Below are positions 9,101-16,640 of a stretch of DNA of 64,000 bases, one piece after another. The number at the start of each line of letters is the position of its first letter. The stretch's first letter is position 1. The translations under genes and the position numbers were made by a program. This DNA comes from an archaeon (GTDB taxonomy: Archaea > Iainarchaeota > Iainarchaeia > Iainarchaeales > 1-14-0-10-31-34). The stretch covers positions 3,249-67,248 of the forward strand of contig JBDRIL010000029.1 of the NCBI GenBank assembly GCA_043815885.1, given 5' to 3'. The notes under the pieces were generated by a model. That model was given only the letters and a program-made list of their open reading frames with translations, was not told the DNA's origin and searched no databases.

Positions 9101-10288
9101 TCTATAGCATCCGATTTTACTATGCACTTCTATTCTTAGGTTTTCATCAAATTCCTTTATGCTTTGGGAGAAATCTTCAAGAATTTTTTTGTCTTCGTTA
9201 CTGAATAAAACAAATGCATTTCTTAGATGCCCTTCCGCAATAAAGTAAGCCAATAACTTAATATCACACTCTCTCATCCTAGTGTTGCCAAATACATTAA
9301 GTGCCCTTGGCACTGCTATCCTGTCTTTTGCTTTTAGTTCTTGGGTTTGCATCCATCCATTAATTGTTAGGAGAGGATGTTCGGGAGTCAATTTTATTTC
9401 CCTTCCACTCCTTAACCGCAAATAAAGCAATTTGCTCACTTTTCTCTTATAAAATCCTTCTTTTTTCAATGGAACTACTTTTAGTTCATGGTTTAATCCA
9501 AGAACCCGTTTATCATTGTTTTCTAGTTCCTTTATAGGAATAACCGAGCCATCTTCCAAGGTTATCAATGAATCGCCAGTAAGGCATTTTCCACTCCCAC
9601 GAGCACCGCAAACAAACACTACATGAGGATTCAGTCCGTCAAGAAAAACCTTTTTTTTATTGTATCCCTCTTCCTCCAGCCTTCCAATCAATAATGCTGC
9701 ATCAGATCCATAATTAAGGAAAACTGATTTCTTTCTTCCAATGAATACAGATTCATTTTTCTCGTCCTCCAGAAATTGCAGAGGCATTGAATTTGCTGGA
9801 ACTTCTTCCACAAATTTTTCTTCTGGTTCAGGAGCGCCTTCCATTTCACTTATTGTTTCCCCGCGCTCTTCCTTTTCCTCTTCAACTTCTTCCTCTATTT
9901 CCTTTGTTGCAGACTTCAAAGCCTTTCTCAGAATGAGTTTCTTTAATTCATTTTTTGGAGGCAATTCCTTCTTCAATTCCTCCTCTGGTTCTTCAATGTT
10001 TTCCTCTTCTGCTTCCTCGTTTTCTTCCAATTCAATTTCCTTTTCAATTGACTTGTTTTCTTTTTTTTCCTTTGCGCCAATGCTTTTCTCAAAAGCTTCA
10101 GCTTTTGCGCCACTGCTTTTTTCAAAAGCGGTGTTTTCTTTTTCTGGCTTTATTGTCTTAATGATTTCCTCTACATGTTTTTCCTTTTTCCCGTCAAATA
10201 CCTCGTCAAATATATCCACGTCCTCCTTTACCCTGGATTTCTGTACTCTCTCTTCTGGAGAGAGTTCCCTTGGTTTTTCTTCATTCAT
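6107..10288 (-). CDS. HerA/FtsK-superfamily (DUF87-like) P-loop ATPase with an acidic low-complexity N-terminus and an intein inside Walker A
   Basis: Extein Walker A is GARGSGK|S (reconstituted across the intein). Walker B is MFIDEAH. HerA-like motif TQQPSAIDTRVLSQLDILLTHKL. The N-terminal ~220 aa are an E/K-rich linker. Confidence 0.75.
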   Translation of the reverse strand: MNEEKPRELSPEERVQKSRVKEDVDIFDEVFDGKKEKHVEEIIKTIKPEKENTAFEKSSGAKAEAFEKSIGAKEKKENKSIEKEIELEENEEAEEENIEEPEEELKKELPPKNELKKLILRKALKSATKEIEEEVEEEKEERGETISEMEGAPEPEEKFVEEVPANSMPLQFLEDEKNESVFIGRKKSVFLNYGSDAALLIGRLEEEGYNKKKVFLDGLNPHVVFVCGARGSGKCLTGDSLITLEDGSVIPIKELENNDKRVLGLNHELKVVPLKKEGFYKRKVSKLLYLRLRSGREIKLTPEHPLLTINGWMQTQELKAKDRIAVPRALNVFGNTRMRECDIKLLAYFIAEGHLRNAFVLFSNEDKKILEDFSQSIKEFDENLRIEVHSKIGCYRVAQKKKPIDLTNVVRNKKGQFTSKGFIVAQKSSLAKWFESIGLYGKLTKEKVIPEEVLKLPKEQLALFLNRLFSCDGSIHPISRRKNNWQVSYSSSSDKMIRQVQNLLIRFGILSRLRFKKVKCNEKKFNSFELVISSESVIRFIQEIGFFGVKELKQENAIKDMLEVSRNPNVDTIPKEIWGIYRPKNCKAASRAMGYNPNYVHSSLTYAPSRKKLLRMAQIEGNKGVQMIAESDIFWDEVTELKEIPGEDVYDISVPEYYNFVANDIIVHNSYVLGVIAEELALKNSNVGIVVIDPIGVFWSMKYANKEEKELSALIEWGLEPQGLDNLKVFIPAGMKNETPKNTYDATFSIQPSLLTSEDWCLTFGMERFGPSGLLLDKVIKKVEHGYKTIEGKYVKANKQGFSLDGMINCLETDEELNSRERGYKQDSIRALVSRFEAAKSWGIFDEKGTPLGELSRENQLTVLDTSFLEANVTALVIGILARRILSARKLSTRRESANKMKATSMNALLETDIPPTWMFIDEAHTLIPSGNVNTPATNALVEYVKQGRRPGCSIVFATQQPSAIDTRVLSQLDILLTHKLVFDDDIKAIYKRIPTIIPHQYKKSNFIRSLPIGYALTGDRREETSRAFVMSIRPRMSQHEGRDAETISLVKSLSKEQVENLAMEIAFRELGRDGEIGMDKINQLINSLNSKYKAKAMLSSVLDLLEERKAVIEPDRVVLAEKLKEKEEVIKEAQEKAEERIKEQEEKKVERESILSFPLRLKEEEAKKIVNKVRKRKRFGLVGKEEQVKQLQLIFEPVYKISFNDFNKSKEFIATTCFINAITGEFIHVKNDEFIESRGFNKVMELDEEQLEVFAGLIKRKGMEEKLEEENYSETRIKKVLGNLTEKGLVDRVSSEGKVSYFLNREIELPPDSRHSLIDSLNELPLVELKNVSIVEANFSEEKVIKSLQKMWKTVIVKKVSLVYRPFYYVSLEENGKERKARIDAITGKVVQ
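8282..9586 (-). mobile_element. intein (435 aa) with LAGLIDADG homing-endonuclease domain, inserted in the P-loop of the HerA-like ATPase
   Basis: Begins CLTGDSLITLEDG right after GARGSGK. LAGLIDADG blocks LLAYFIAEGH and LALFLNRLFSCDGS. Ends NDIIVHN, followed by Ser+1. Coordinates were derived by codon counting. Confidence 0.85.
10103..10138. repeat. 36-nt imperfect-hairpin repeat (TTTTGCGCCACTGCTTTTTTCAAAAGCGGTGTYTTC), in-frame within the HerA-like gene; a degenerate tandem copy lies at ~10071-10102
   Basis: Near-identical copies lie in the P0 gene at 27369-27404 and 27534-27570. On the coding (minus) strand it encodes TAFEKSSGAK. Confidence 0.8.
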
Positions 10289-10392
10289 TTAACCCACTAA
10301 AAAAGTATGTGCAAGGTAGTATTAAATTATTTCCTCTTCAGCAACCGAAATAAAGTAGTTTTATAAATCCTTAAAACATTTATTATTGTGAA

Positions 10393-10815
10393 ATGCGGCT
10401 CAGAAGGCTGATTCCAAGAAAAGATTATCCTACATGGAAACTAATTGCAGAAATCTGCCTAATCATAATTGTACTGATTACCCCGATAGAAATAGCCCAT
10501 TTGGTTTTTCACGTTGAAGTAGAAGAAAGGCTTCTGAGTTTTCTTGAAGTAATTGACTACCTTGCAATAATTGTTCTGTTGATTGACTTAGTGCACCATT
10601 ACCTCATAACGAAAAGAAAGGACAGATTCCTGAAAGAAAACCTGTTGCACATTCTTTCCTTTCTTCCATACATTCTATTCATCAAGGTAGCAGGAATATT
10701 CAAGATAGTAAAAGTAATCGCAACCGGCATGAGCAAAATAGTGAAAGTAAAATTCCACTCCAACGCACTAAAAGAAAGAGCCCACAAAATAATCAAAAAA
10801 GACAAGATTGAATAA
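10393..10815 (+). CDS. small integral membrane protein (hypothetical)
   Basis: 140 aa; hydrophobic helices (IAEICLIIIVLITPIEIAHLVF, LAIIVLLIDLVHHYLI). Confidence 0.45.
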   Translation: MRLRRLIPRKDYPTWKLIAEICLIIIVLITPIEIAHLVFHVEVEERLLSFLEVIDYLAIIVLLIDLVHHYLITKRKDRFLKENLLHILSFLPYILFIKVAGIFKIVKVIATGMSKIVKVKFHSNALKERAHKIIKKDKIE

Positions 10816-10862
10816 ACTGCGTTTTAAATTTAATTCTACTAAAATTATATTAATGGTTTTAT

Positions 10863-10936
10863 GGGCCGGTAGCACAACCTGGTAATGCGCTCGGTTCGCA
10901 TCCGAGAGAATTCGGGTTCAAATCCCGACCGGTCCA
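10863..10936 (+). tRNA. tRNA-Ala (anticodon CGC)
   Basis: Hand-folded cloverleaf: acceptor GGGCCGG/CCGGTCC with a G3:U70 pair (the Ala identity element); anticodon loop TTCGCAT; T-loop TTCAAAT; discriminator A. No intron. Confidence 0.85.
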
Positions 10937-10949
10937 TTTGGTGAAAAAA

Positions 10950-11780
10950 ATGAAATTAATTTATAATTCAGTTTTCCTTGAACACAATAGGGAAGGGCAT
11001 CCGGAGAATAGGGAGAGACTGCAGTATTTTTTTAATGAAAGGGAAACTGAAATTGGATCAGGGGAAAGATTTCTTGAATTAGTGCATTCAAGGGAATACA
11101 TTGAAAGAGTGAAGGACGCTTCTTCCAGGGAAGAATTTTTGGACGCGGATACTTATACATGCAGAAAGAGTTTTGAAGTTGCTTGTTTTGCTGTGGGAGC
11201 AGCAATAAAGGCTGCAGAGGAAAAAGCATTTGCTCTTGTAAGACCGCCAGGACATCATGCGAAAAGGAATTCAGCTGAGGGGTTTTGTTTGTTCAATAAC
11301 ATGGCAATTGCAGCAAAGCATCTCGCGGAAAAAGGAAAGAAAGTGCTTATAATTGATTTTGATCTGCATCACGGGAATGGAACGGAAGAATTAGTGAAAG
11401 GAGAGAAAAGGATTTTTTATTTTTCCACGCATCAGGCAGGAATTTATCCAGGAACAGGTTTCGGGGTGGAAGGAAATGTATTGAATGTATCTCTTCCGTA
11501 TAAAACTACTGATGCACAATACATTCAAATATTAAATGAAGAACTTATACATAACCTGGAATCTTTTTCTCCCGACATAATCGGATTGAGTGCTGGATTT
11601 GACTGTTATTACAAGGATTTAGATGCATTAGGAAAGGGAATGGGTTTTGAGCTCTCTACTAAAAGCTTTAAAAGAGTAAGGGAAATAATTAATGAATATG
11701 ATTCCTTTGCCTTGCTTGAAGGAGGATATAGGGCAGAAAGCATTCGTGATGGAGTTAATGTATTTATTGGAGAGGAGTGA
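10950..11780 (+). CDS. histone deacetylase / acetoin-utilisation (arginase-deacetylase superfamily) protein
   Basis: VRPPGHHA and IIDFDLHHGNGTEE motifs. An alternative TTG start at 10938 abuts the tRNA-Ala. Confidence 0.75.
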   Translation: MKLIYNSVFLEHNREGHPENRERLQYFFNERETEIGSGERFLELVHSREYIERVKDASSREEFLDADTYTCRKSFEVACFAVGAAIKAAEEKAFALVRPPGHHAKRNSAEGFCLFNNMAIAAKHLAEKGKKVLIIDFDLHHGNGTEELVKGEKRIFYFSTHQAGIYPGTGFGVEGNVLNVSLPYKTTDAQYIQILNEELIHNLESFSPDIIGLSAGFDCYYKDLDALGKGMGFELSTKSFKRVREIINEYDSFALLEGGYRAESIRDGVNVFIGEE

Positions 11781-12433
11781 ATAAAATGATTAAGATAGCG
11801 GCTTCAACCCTTGCAGCAGATTCCTCTAAACTGGAGGAAGAATTCAATAGAGTGGAGGAAGCAGGAGTGGATTTACTGCATCTGGATGTAATGGACGGAA
11901 AATTTGTTCCAAACAATGCATTGGGGTTTGAGGAAATTGAGGCAGTAAGGAAAAATACAGAACTTCCTTTTGATATTCATTTAATGATTGCTGAACCAGA
12001 GAAAAACATTGAGAGATATCTTGAATTCAGCCCCCATTACTTGAGTTTTCATTTAGAGGCTACAAGTAATGCAGAAGAATTAATTGAATTAATTAAGGGC
12101 AAGGAAGTAAAGGTTGGAGTGGCAGTAAATGCCCCAAGCAATATTGAGGAAGTATTTCCTTTTTTGGGCGAATTAGATTTTGTTTTGGTGATGAGCGTTA
12201 ATGCTGGGTTTTCAGGACAGAAATTTCTGGAAAATTCAGTGAAAAAAATAAGTGAATTAAGGAAAAAAATTGATGAAGAGAACCTGAAAGTGGAAATCGA
12301 GGTTGACGGAGGCATTAATGAAGAAAATGTTAAAAAAGTAATTGATGCAGGAGCAAACATTATAGTCAGTGGTTCCACTATTTTTAATTCCAAGGATTTA
12401 AAGGAAACAATAAATAAATTAAGAGGGAAATAA
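11777..12433 (+). CDS. rpe: ribulose-phosphate 3-epimerase
   Basis: LHLDVMDGKFVPN motif and C-terminal DGGIN...GANIIVSGS region. Confidence 0.85.
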   Translation: MNKMIKIAASTLAADSSKLEEEFNRVEEAGVDLLHLDVMDGKFVPNNALGFEEIEAVRKNTELPFDIHLMIAEPEKNIERYLEFSPHYLSFHLEATSNAEELIELIKGKEVKVGVAVNAPSNIEEVFPFLGELDFVLVMSVNAGFSGQKFLENSVKKISELRKKIDEENLKVEIEVDGGINEENVKKVIDAGANIIVSGSTIFNSKDLKETINKLRGK

Positions 12434-14083
12434 TTAGGCTTCTTCTGCAGCTTCTTCCACTGCATCCAGACAATCTTCTTTATAATTTTCATTCCTGATT
12501 TTATAACATGCGTCATCAATTAATGTCTCTACTGCAAAATTATAGTGACAGTAATCAGGGGTATTGTAAGGATAATCAAGAAAAACCCTCTCCCCTAAAT
12601 CGCATACAAGGTAATCCACAAGCTTTATTGCCAGTTCACTGAAGCATTGAATGTATGCTTCTGCTCCAAGCAAATCCCCGCAAAGAGAAGGATCTGAGAG
12701 ATTATAGGCAACGCCAACATAACAGTCAACCTTTGCTTCTGTTTCCCTTATCTTTAAGCAGACACTTGATTCATTGGTGTCTGCGGCTATTTTCACATAA
12801 CAGGCATCCCTCTTATTCACGTCAGCCGTAACTTTTTTGCAGTACTCCCAACTCAGTTCTGCTTCAGCTAAATCAAAGTAACAGTCATCAATCTTTTGCG
12901 GGTTAATTATGAGTTCACATATTTCTTTGCTTGGAGCTTCTTCGCCAAGCATTTCAAAGCATTCCTGCCGTACATTCTTGTCGCTTATTTCTTCGCATAC
13001 ATTAACTTCGAGTAAATTCTTGTCAACATCAAACAAACAATAATTCAATGCATTCAGGTCAGTTATATTCTTGCATATCTCTGTTTCAATTAAATTAACG
13101 GCTATCTGACGGAAGCAGTTGTTTGTCTGGGTTTTATCCATATAAAAAGAACAGATTGATTCTGTTTTAGTGGATGAAAGCAAATCATTCAGGCAATGGT
13201 CTTTCTTGAAGCCATTGGAATCCCTGGAGGTTGAAAGATAATCACATATCTCATAATTTTCCAGGCTTATTGCTACTTCCCAATAACATTGGTCCTTCTT
13301 TAAAGGGCTTGAAATCTGGCTGCACTCCATTACACTCTTCTGCGCTCCGGCAACTGCCTTAAAGCATAAATCCTTTTCACTTGAATCAATTAAATTCCTA
13401 CATATGTCTGCATTGCTTAAATCAAGGGCAATGGTCTTAAAGCATTCATCCCTCATATTTTGATTCCTTAAAGGAGAAACAAGTTTACAGTACTCTGATT
13501 CATTGGTTAGAATTGCAATCTCATTATAGCATTTATCTTTAGATAATTCCTTTATTAAACCGCACACAAATGCATCCTCGTTTTCTATTGCATACTCACC
13601 CAAACACAAATCCTTTCTAACCTGTGAGCCCTCTCCATCACACAGCCCGGCATAAGGAGTCATGTCCTGGTCGATTAAAACATTTCCGTCAACTGAATAC
13701 AATACAATAGCGCTTGCCTCAAGAGAATACTTACTCTCCCTCAAATCCTTTCCAACAGAAGTGACAACATAGTAATAAGTCAAACCCTCAATCAACCCTA
13801 AATCAATGAATTCCTTTTCAGTTAAAGGAGCAGAGGTAAGCTTAAGATAGTCTTTCCCGCTTAAAAGACTCCTGTAGACATTATAACCAATAACGTGTTC
13901 CTCGTTTTCCTTCATCCAGGAAAGCTTTATGGATTTAATCCCTGACTTAGCGACAACACTTGTAGGGGAGGCAATAGGCTGGGGAGTTCCATCTTCTCCA
14001 TCTACTCCATCCTCTTCAATACATCCACTAACCAGGATTAATCCTGTCAGGAAAATCAATAAAATTAAGGTCTTTAGATTCAT
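12434..14083 (-). CDS. secreted / lipid-anchored surface protein with an Fn3-like domain and ~10 tandem Cys-containing repeats
   Basis: N-terminal signal with lipobox-like LVSGC. An Fn3-like region (IKLSWMKENEEHVIGYNVYR). Repeating ~35-aa units, each with two Cys (KDxCYxxIA...C). Confidence 0.6.
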   Translation of the reverse strand: MNLKTLILLIFLTGLILVSGCIEEDGVDGEDGTPQPIASPTSVVAKSGIKSIKLSWMKENEEHVIGYNVYRSLLSGKDYLKLTSAPLTEKEFIDLGLIEGLTYYYVVTSVGKDLRESKYSLEASAIVLYSVDGNVLIDQDMTPYAGLCDGEGSQVRKDLCLGEYAIENEDAFVCGLIKELSKDKCYNEIAILTNESEYCKLVSPLRNQNMRDECFKTIALDLSNADICRNLIDSSEKDLCFKAVAGAQKSVMECSQISSPLKKDQCYWEVAISLENYEICDYLSTSRDSNGFKKDHCLNDLLSSTKTESICSFYMDKTQTNNCFRQIAVNLIETEICKNITDLNALNYCLFDVDKNLLEVNVCEEISDKNVRQECFEMLGEEAPSKEICELIINPQKIDDCYFDLAEAELSWEYCKKVTADVNKRDACYVKIAADTNESSVCLKIRETEAKVDCYVGVAYNLSDPSLCGDLLGAEAYIQCFSELAIKLVDYLVCDLGERVFLDYPYNTPDYCHYNFAVETLIDDACYKIRNENYKEDCLDAVEEAAEEA

Positions 14084-14326
14084 TCCATTAATAAAACTCT
14101 CTTCATATTAATAAATTTAACTCAAAAAAATATTCAATTTAGTTTAATTCGATTATGTAGCTTAACAAAAAACTATTTAAAACGATTACCACAACAATAG
14201 TTGTGGTATTGGGAGTTAAAGGAGGCAAGTCATACTGCTTTTGCGAAAGAATTCTTTTTCAACAGTCTTTAGATTAAAGACTGTGCAGTTCCCTGGCTTG
14301 CCTTCATCATAATTACTATTTCTTTA

Positions 14327-14379
14327 AAACTTTTAGGAAAAGTTTTATCAAAAAAATATTGTATACCTTCGGTATACAA
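14327..14379. repeat. bipartite hairpin element AAAACTTTTnnGAAAAGTTTTATCAAAAAA + nCCTTCGGn hairpin, copy 1
   Basis: Copy 2 is at 29198-29236, in the leader of the L1-P0-P1 operon; 28/30 nt identical in hairpin 1. Confidence 0.6.
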
Positions 14380-14525
14380 TAAAAAAAATTAGTTTTTATT
14401 TCTTTAATTTCCTTACTGCCCCCCTATTGACATCCACTTTTATAAATATTATCCCGTTGTAATAGGAGGGAGGATTCTATAACATTTTAATATCGTTTTC
14501 CCCTACAATAAATACTGCACTGAAA

Positions 14526-14720
14526 GCAGGGATGGCGGAGCGGTTTAACGCACCAGCCTTGAGCTGCCCCTTCTTTTCTTTTTCTAAAAGAAAAGAAGCG
14601 GTAAGTTGCCGGAAGAAAAGAAAAAATTAATTGCCCAAAAAGAAAGAAAGGATGGCTTCTTTAATTGCACAAGCGAGCTGGCGTCCGAAAGGACTCGGGA
14701 GTTCGAATCTCCCTCCCTGC
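14526..14720 (+). tRNA. tRNA-Ser (anticodon UGA), class II, with a 111-nt intron at canonical position 37/38 (14564-14674)
   Basis: Acceptor GCAGGGA/TCCCTGC, 3-bp D-stem GCG/CGC, anticodon stem CCAGC/GCTGG split by the intron, loop CTTGAG|A, long variable arm CGTCCGAAAGGACTC, T-arm GGGAG-TTCGAAT-CTCCC, discriminator G. Confidence 0.8.
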
Positions 14721-14846
14721 GTATCAGAACCTAGCGGTTCCGATACCTCCCTTACGGAAGGATATCTTTTCCTTTTCGCCAGCCTTTCAGAAAAAGGCTG
14801 TCAGATAGCTTCTTTAAAAAAGGCTTTGCATAAAAAAGTGATAGAA

Positions 14847-15302
14847 ATGAAGGAAAATGAATCGGATTTAATTGAAGAGGCAAGGGAAGCGTTAAAGAAT
14901 TCTTATTCGCCTTATTCCAAAACCAAAGTAGGAGCAGCAGTGCTTACCTCCAAAGGAAATATTTATCGAGGCTGTAATGTCGAGAGCAGCAGTTATTGGC
15001 CGAATCTATGTGCAGAGAGAGTAGCAATAGCGAATGCTGTATCCAATGGAGAGAAAAAAATCAAGACAATAGCAATTGCATCAAGCAGGGAAGGATATAT
15101 CACTCCTTGCGGTGGATGCAGGCAGGTAATATATGAATTCTCTGTGATTGCCGGCAGACCAATAAAAGTAATTCTTTCAAACAAGAAAGGTGACACAAAG
15201 GAATTATCAATAGAAGAATTGTTTCCATACCCATTCATTCCAAAGAAATTAAGCAAAAAAATGCTGGAGAAGAAAGAATTAAGTGAAATTGAATGGGTTT
15301 AA
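14847..15302 (+). CDS. cdd: cytidine deaminase
   Basis: Zinc ligand motifs CAERVA and PCGGCRQ. The track ORF 14631-15302 has an N-terminal extension that overlaps the tRNA exon; the real start is taken as the internal ATG at 14847 (MKENESD). Confidence 0.8.
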   Translation: MKENESDLIEEAREALKNSYSPYSKTKVGAAVLTSKGNIYRGCNVESSSYWPNLCAERVAIANAVSNGEKKIKTIAIASSREGYITPCGGCRQVIYEFSVIAGRPIKVILSNKKGDTKELSIEELFPYPFIPKKLSKKMLEKKELSEIEWV

Positions 15303-15832
15303 TTGAATTCTTTCACAAAGTAAAGAAGCTAAGGGAATTGAAGAGAAAGGGATGGAAGGATTTTGGAGTGGAAAATCCTGAGAGTGTTGCAGACCATTCC
15401 TTTAGAGTAGCTTTAATGACACTGATTTTTTCTGAAAAAATGAAACTGAATACTGAGAAGGCATTAAAGATGGCCTTGATTCACGATTTGTGTGAAGTGT
15501 ATTCAGGGGATTTAGCAGCAGAGGAAAAAATAAGCCGGGAAAAATATGAATCAGAGGAAAAAGGAATGAAAAAAATTGTTTCTGAATTGAATGAGCGAGA
15601 GGGAGAAGAATTAATGGATTTATGGAAGGAATTCATGGAAGGAAAAAGCAGGGAAGCAAGGATTGTGAGGGAAATTGACAGGCTTGAAATGGGTTTCAGC
15701 GCAGTGGAATACGAAAAAGAACAGAAGAAAGGAAAGGAATTCGTTAATACATTTATTCCTTTCGTGGAAAAAAGTTTAAAGGAAAAGGAATTAACTGAAT
15801 TATTCAATGAATTAAAGAAAGAATTAAAGTGA
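15293..15832 (+). CDS. HD-domain phosphohydrolase (YfbR-like 5'-deoxynucleotidase family)
   Basis: H...HD...D metal-binding motifs (HSFRVALMTLIF, IHDLCEVYSGD). Confidence 0.75.
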   Translation: MGLIEFFHKVKKLRELKRKGWKDFGVENPESVADHSFRVALMTLIFSEKMKLNTEKALKMALIHDLCEVYSGDLAAEEKISREKYESEEKGMKKIVSELNEREGEELMDLWKEFMEGKSREARIVREIDRLEMGFSAVEYEKEQKKGKEFVNTFIPFVEKSLKEKELTELFNELKKELK

Positions 15833-15839
15833 AATAAGA

Positions 15840-16334
15840 ATGAGAAAGAAAGTAATATTTGTTGCGGGCTCAGCAAAGAATATTTCAAAGAAAGTATATG
15901 AAATGGCAGAGGAAGTGGGAAGAGAGATTGCAAGAAATAACTGTATATTGATTTGTGGAGGTTTAAGCGGGGTAATGGAAGCAGTATCAAAAGGATGCAG
16001 GGAAGAAGGAGGATTGAGTATTGGAGTGATTCCTTCGGCAGAAAAAAGCGATGCCAATCATTTTGTGGATGTAGTGATTGCAACAGGAATCGGATTTGGA
16101 AGGAATTTTATTTTAGCACAATCAGCAGATGCAATGATTGTTGTAGCGGGGCAGATAGGGACACTCATAGAGAGTTCTGCAGGATATTACTGGAAAAAGC
16201 CAATAATTGCATTAAAGGGAAGCGGGGGAACAGCAGAAAGGATTGCAGGAACCTATCTGGATGAAAACAAGAGAATAAAGATTCTTTCAGCTAAAACGCC
16301 AAAAGAAGCAGTAAAACTGGCATTAAAAAAATAA
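15840..16334 (+). CDS. LOG-family / TIGR00725 Rossmann-fold nucleotide-binding protein
   Basis: ICGGLSGVMEAV and KGSGGTAERI (PGGxGTxxE-like) motifs. Confidence 0.65.
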   Translation: MRKKVIFVAGSAKNISKKVYEMAEEVGREIARNNCILICGGLSGVMEAVSKGCREEGGLSIGVIPSAEKSDANHFVDVVIATGIGFGRNFILAQSADAMIVVAGQIGTLIESSAGYYWKKPIIALKGSGGTAERIAGTYLDENKRIKILSAKTPKEAVKLALKK

Positions 16335-16375
16335 AAGAGTAACTATAAAAAATCTAATTAACCAAGATATTTCAG

Positions 16376-16516
16376 GCAGGGATGGCGGAGCGGTTTAACG
16401 CACCAGCTTGGAGCCGAACCCTTTTTTCTTTCCCGAAAGAAAAAGGGATAATTATTATTGTTTGACAAATAGCTGGCGTCCGAAAGGACTCGGGAGTTCG
16501 AATCTCCCTCCCTGCG
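16376..16516 (+). tRNA. tRNA-Ser (anticodon GGA), class II, with a 57-nt intron at 37/38 (16414-16470)
   Basis: 5' half and T/acceptor arms identical to the 14526 copy. The anticodon loop is TTGGAG|A instead of CTTGAG|A. Confidence 0.8.
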
Positions 16517-16640
16517 TATCAGAAAAACTACGTTTTTCCGATACCTTTTCCTTTTCGCCAGCCTTTTAGAAAAAGGCTGTCCGATACCCCCCTTACGGAG
16601 GATGCCTTCCTTAAAAAGCAGGCGCGCAAAAAAGTGAGAA
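16517..16640. repeat. duplicated tRNA-Ser 3' flank (hairpin CGCCAGCCTTTYAGAAAAAGGCTG, YCCGATACC, CCCTTACGGARGGAT modules), copy 2
   Basis: The same modules occur at 14721-14846 after the first tRNA-Ser, in rearranged order. Both copies end in AAAAAAGTGAnA(R)AAATGA and then a gene start. Confidence 0.7.

Noticed and set aside
9741-10292. Plus-strand 183-aa Ser-rich ORF
   Set aside because: It is antisense to the GAA/AAA-rich acidic N-terminal region of the HerA-like gene, which is a typical shadow ORF.
14631-14846. N-terminal 72 codons of the 223-aa track ORF (MPKKKERMASLIAQASWRPKGLGSSNLPPC...)
   Set aside because: This stretch is translation read-through across the 3' exon, T-arm and flank of tRNA-Ser. 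Cytidine deaminase begins at the internal ATG at 14847.
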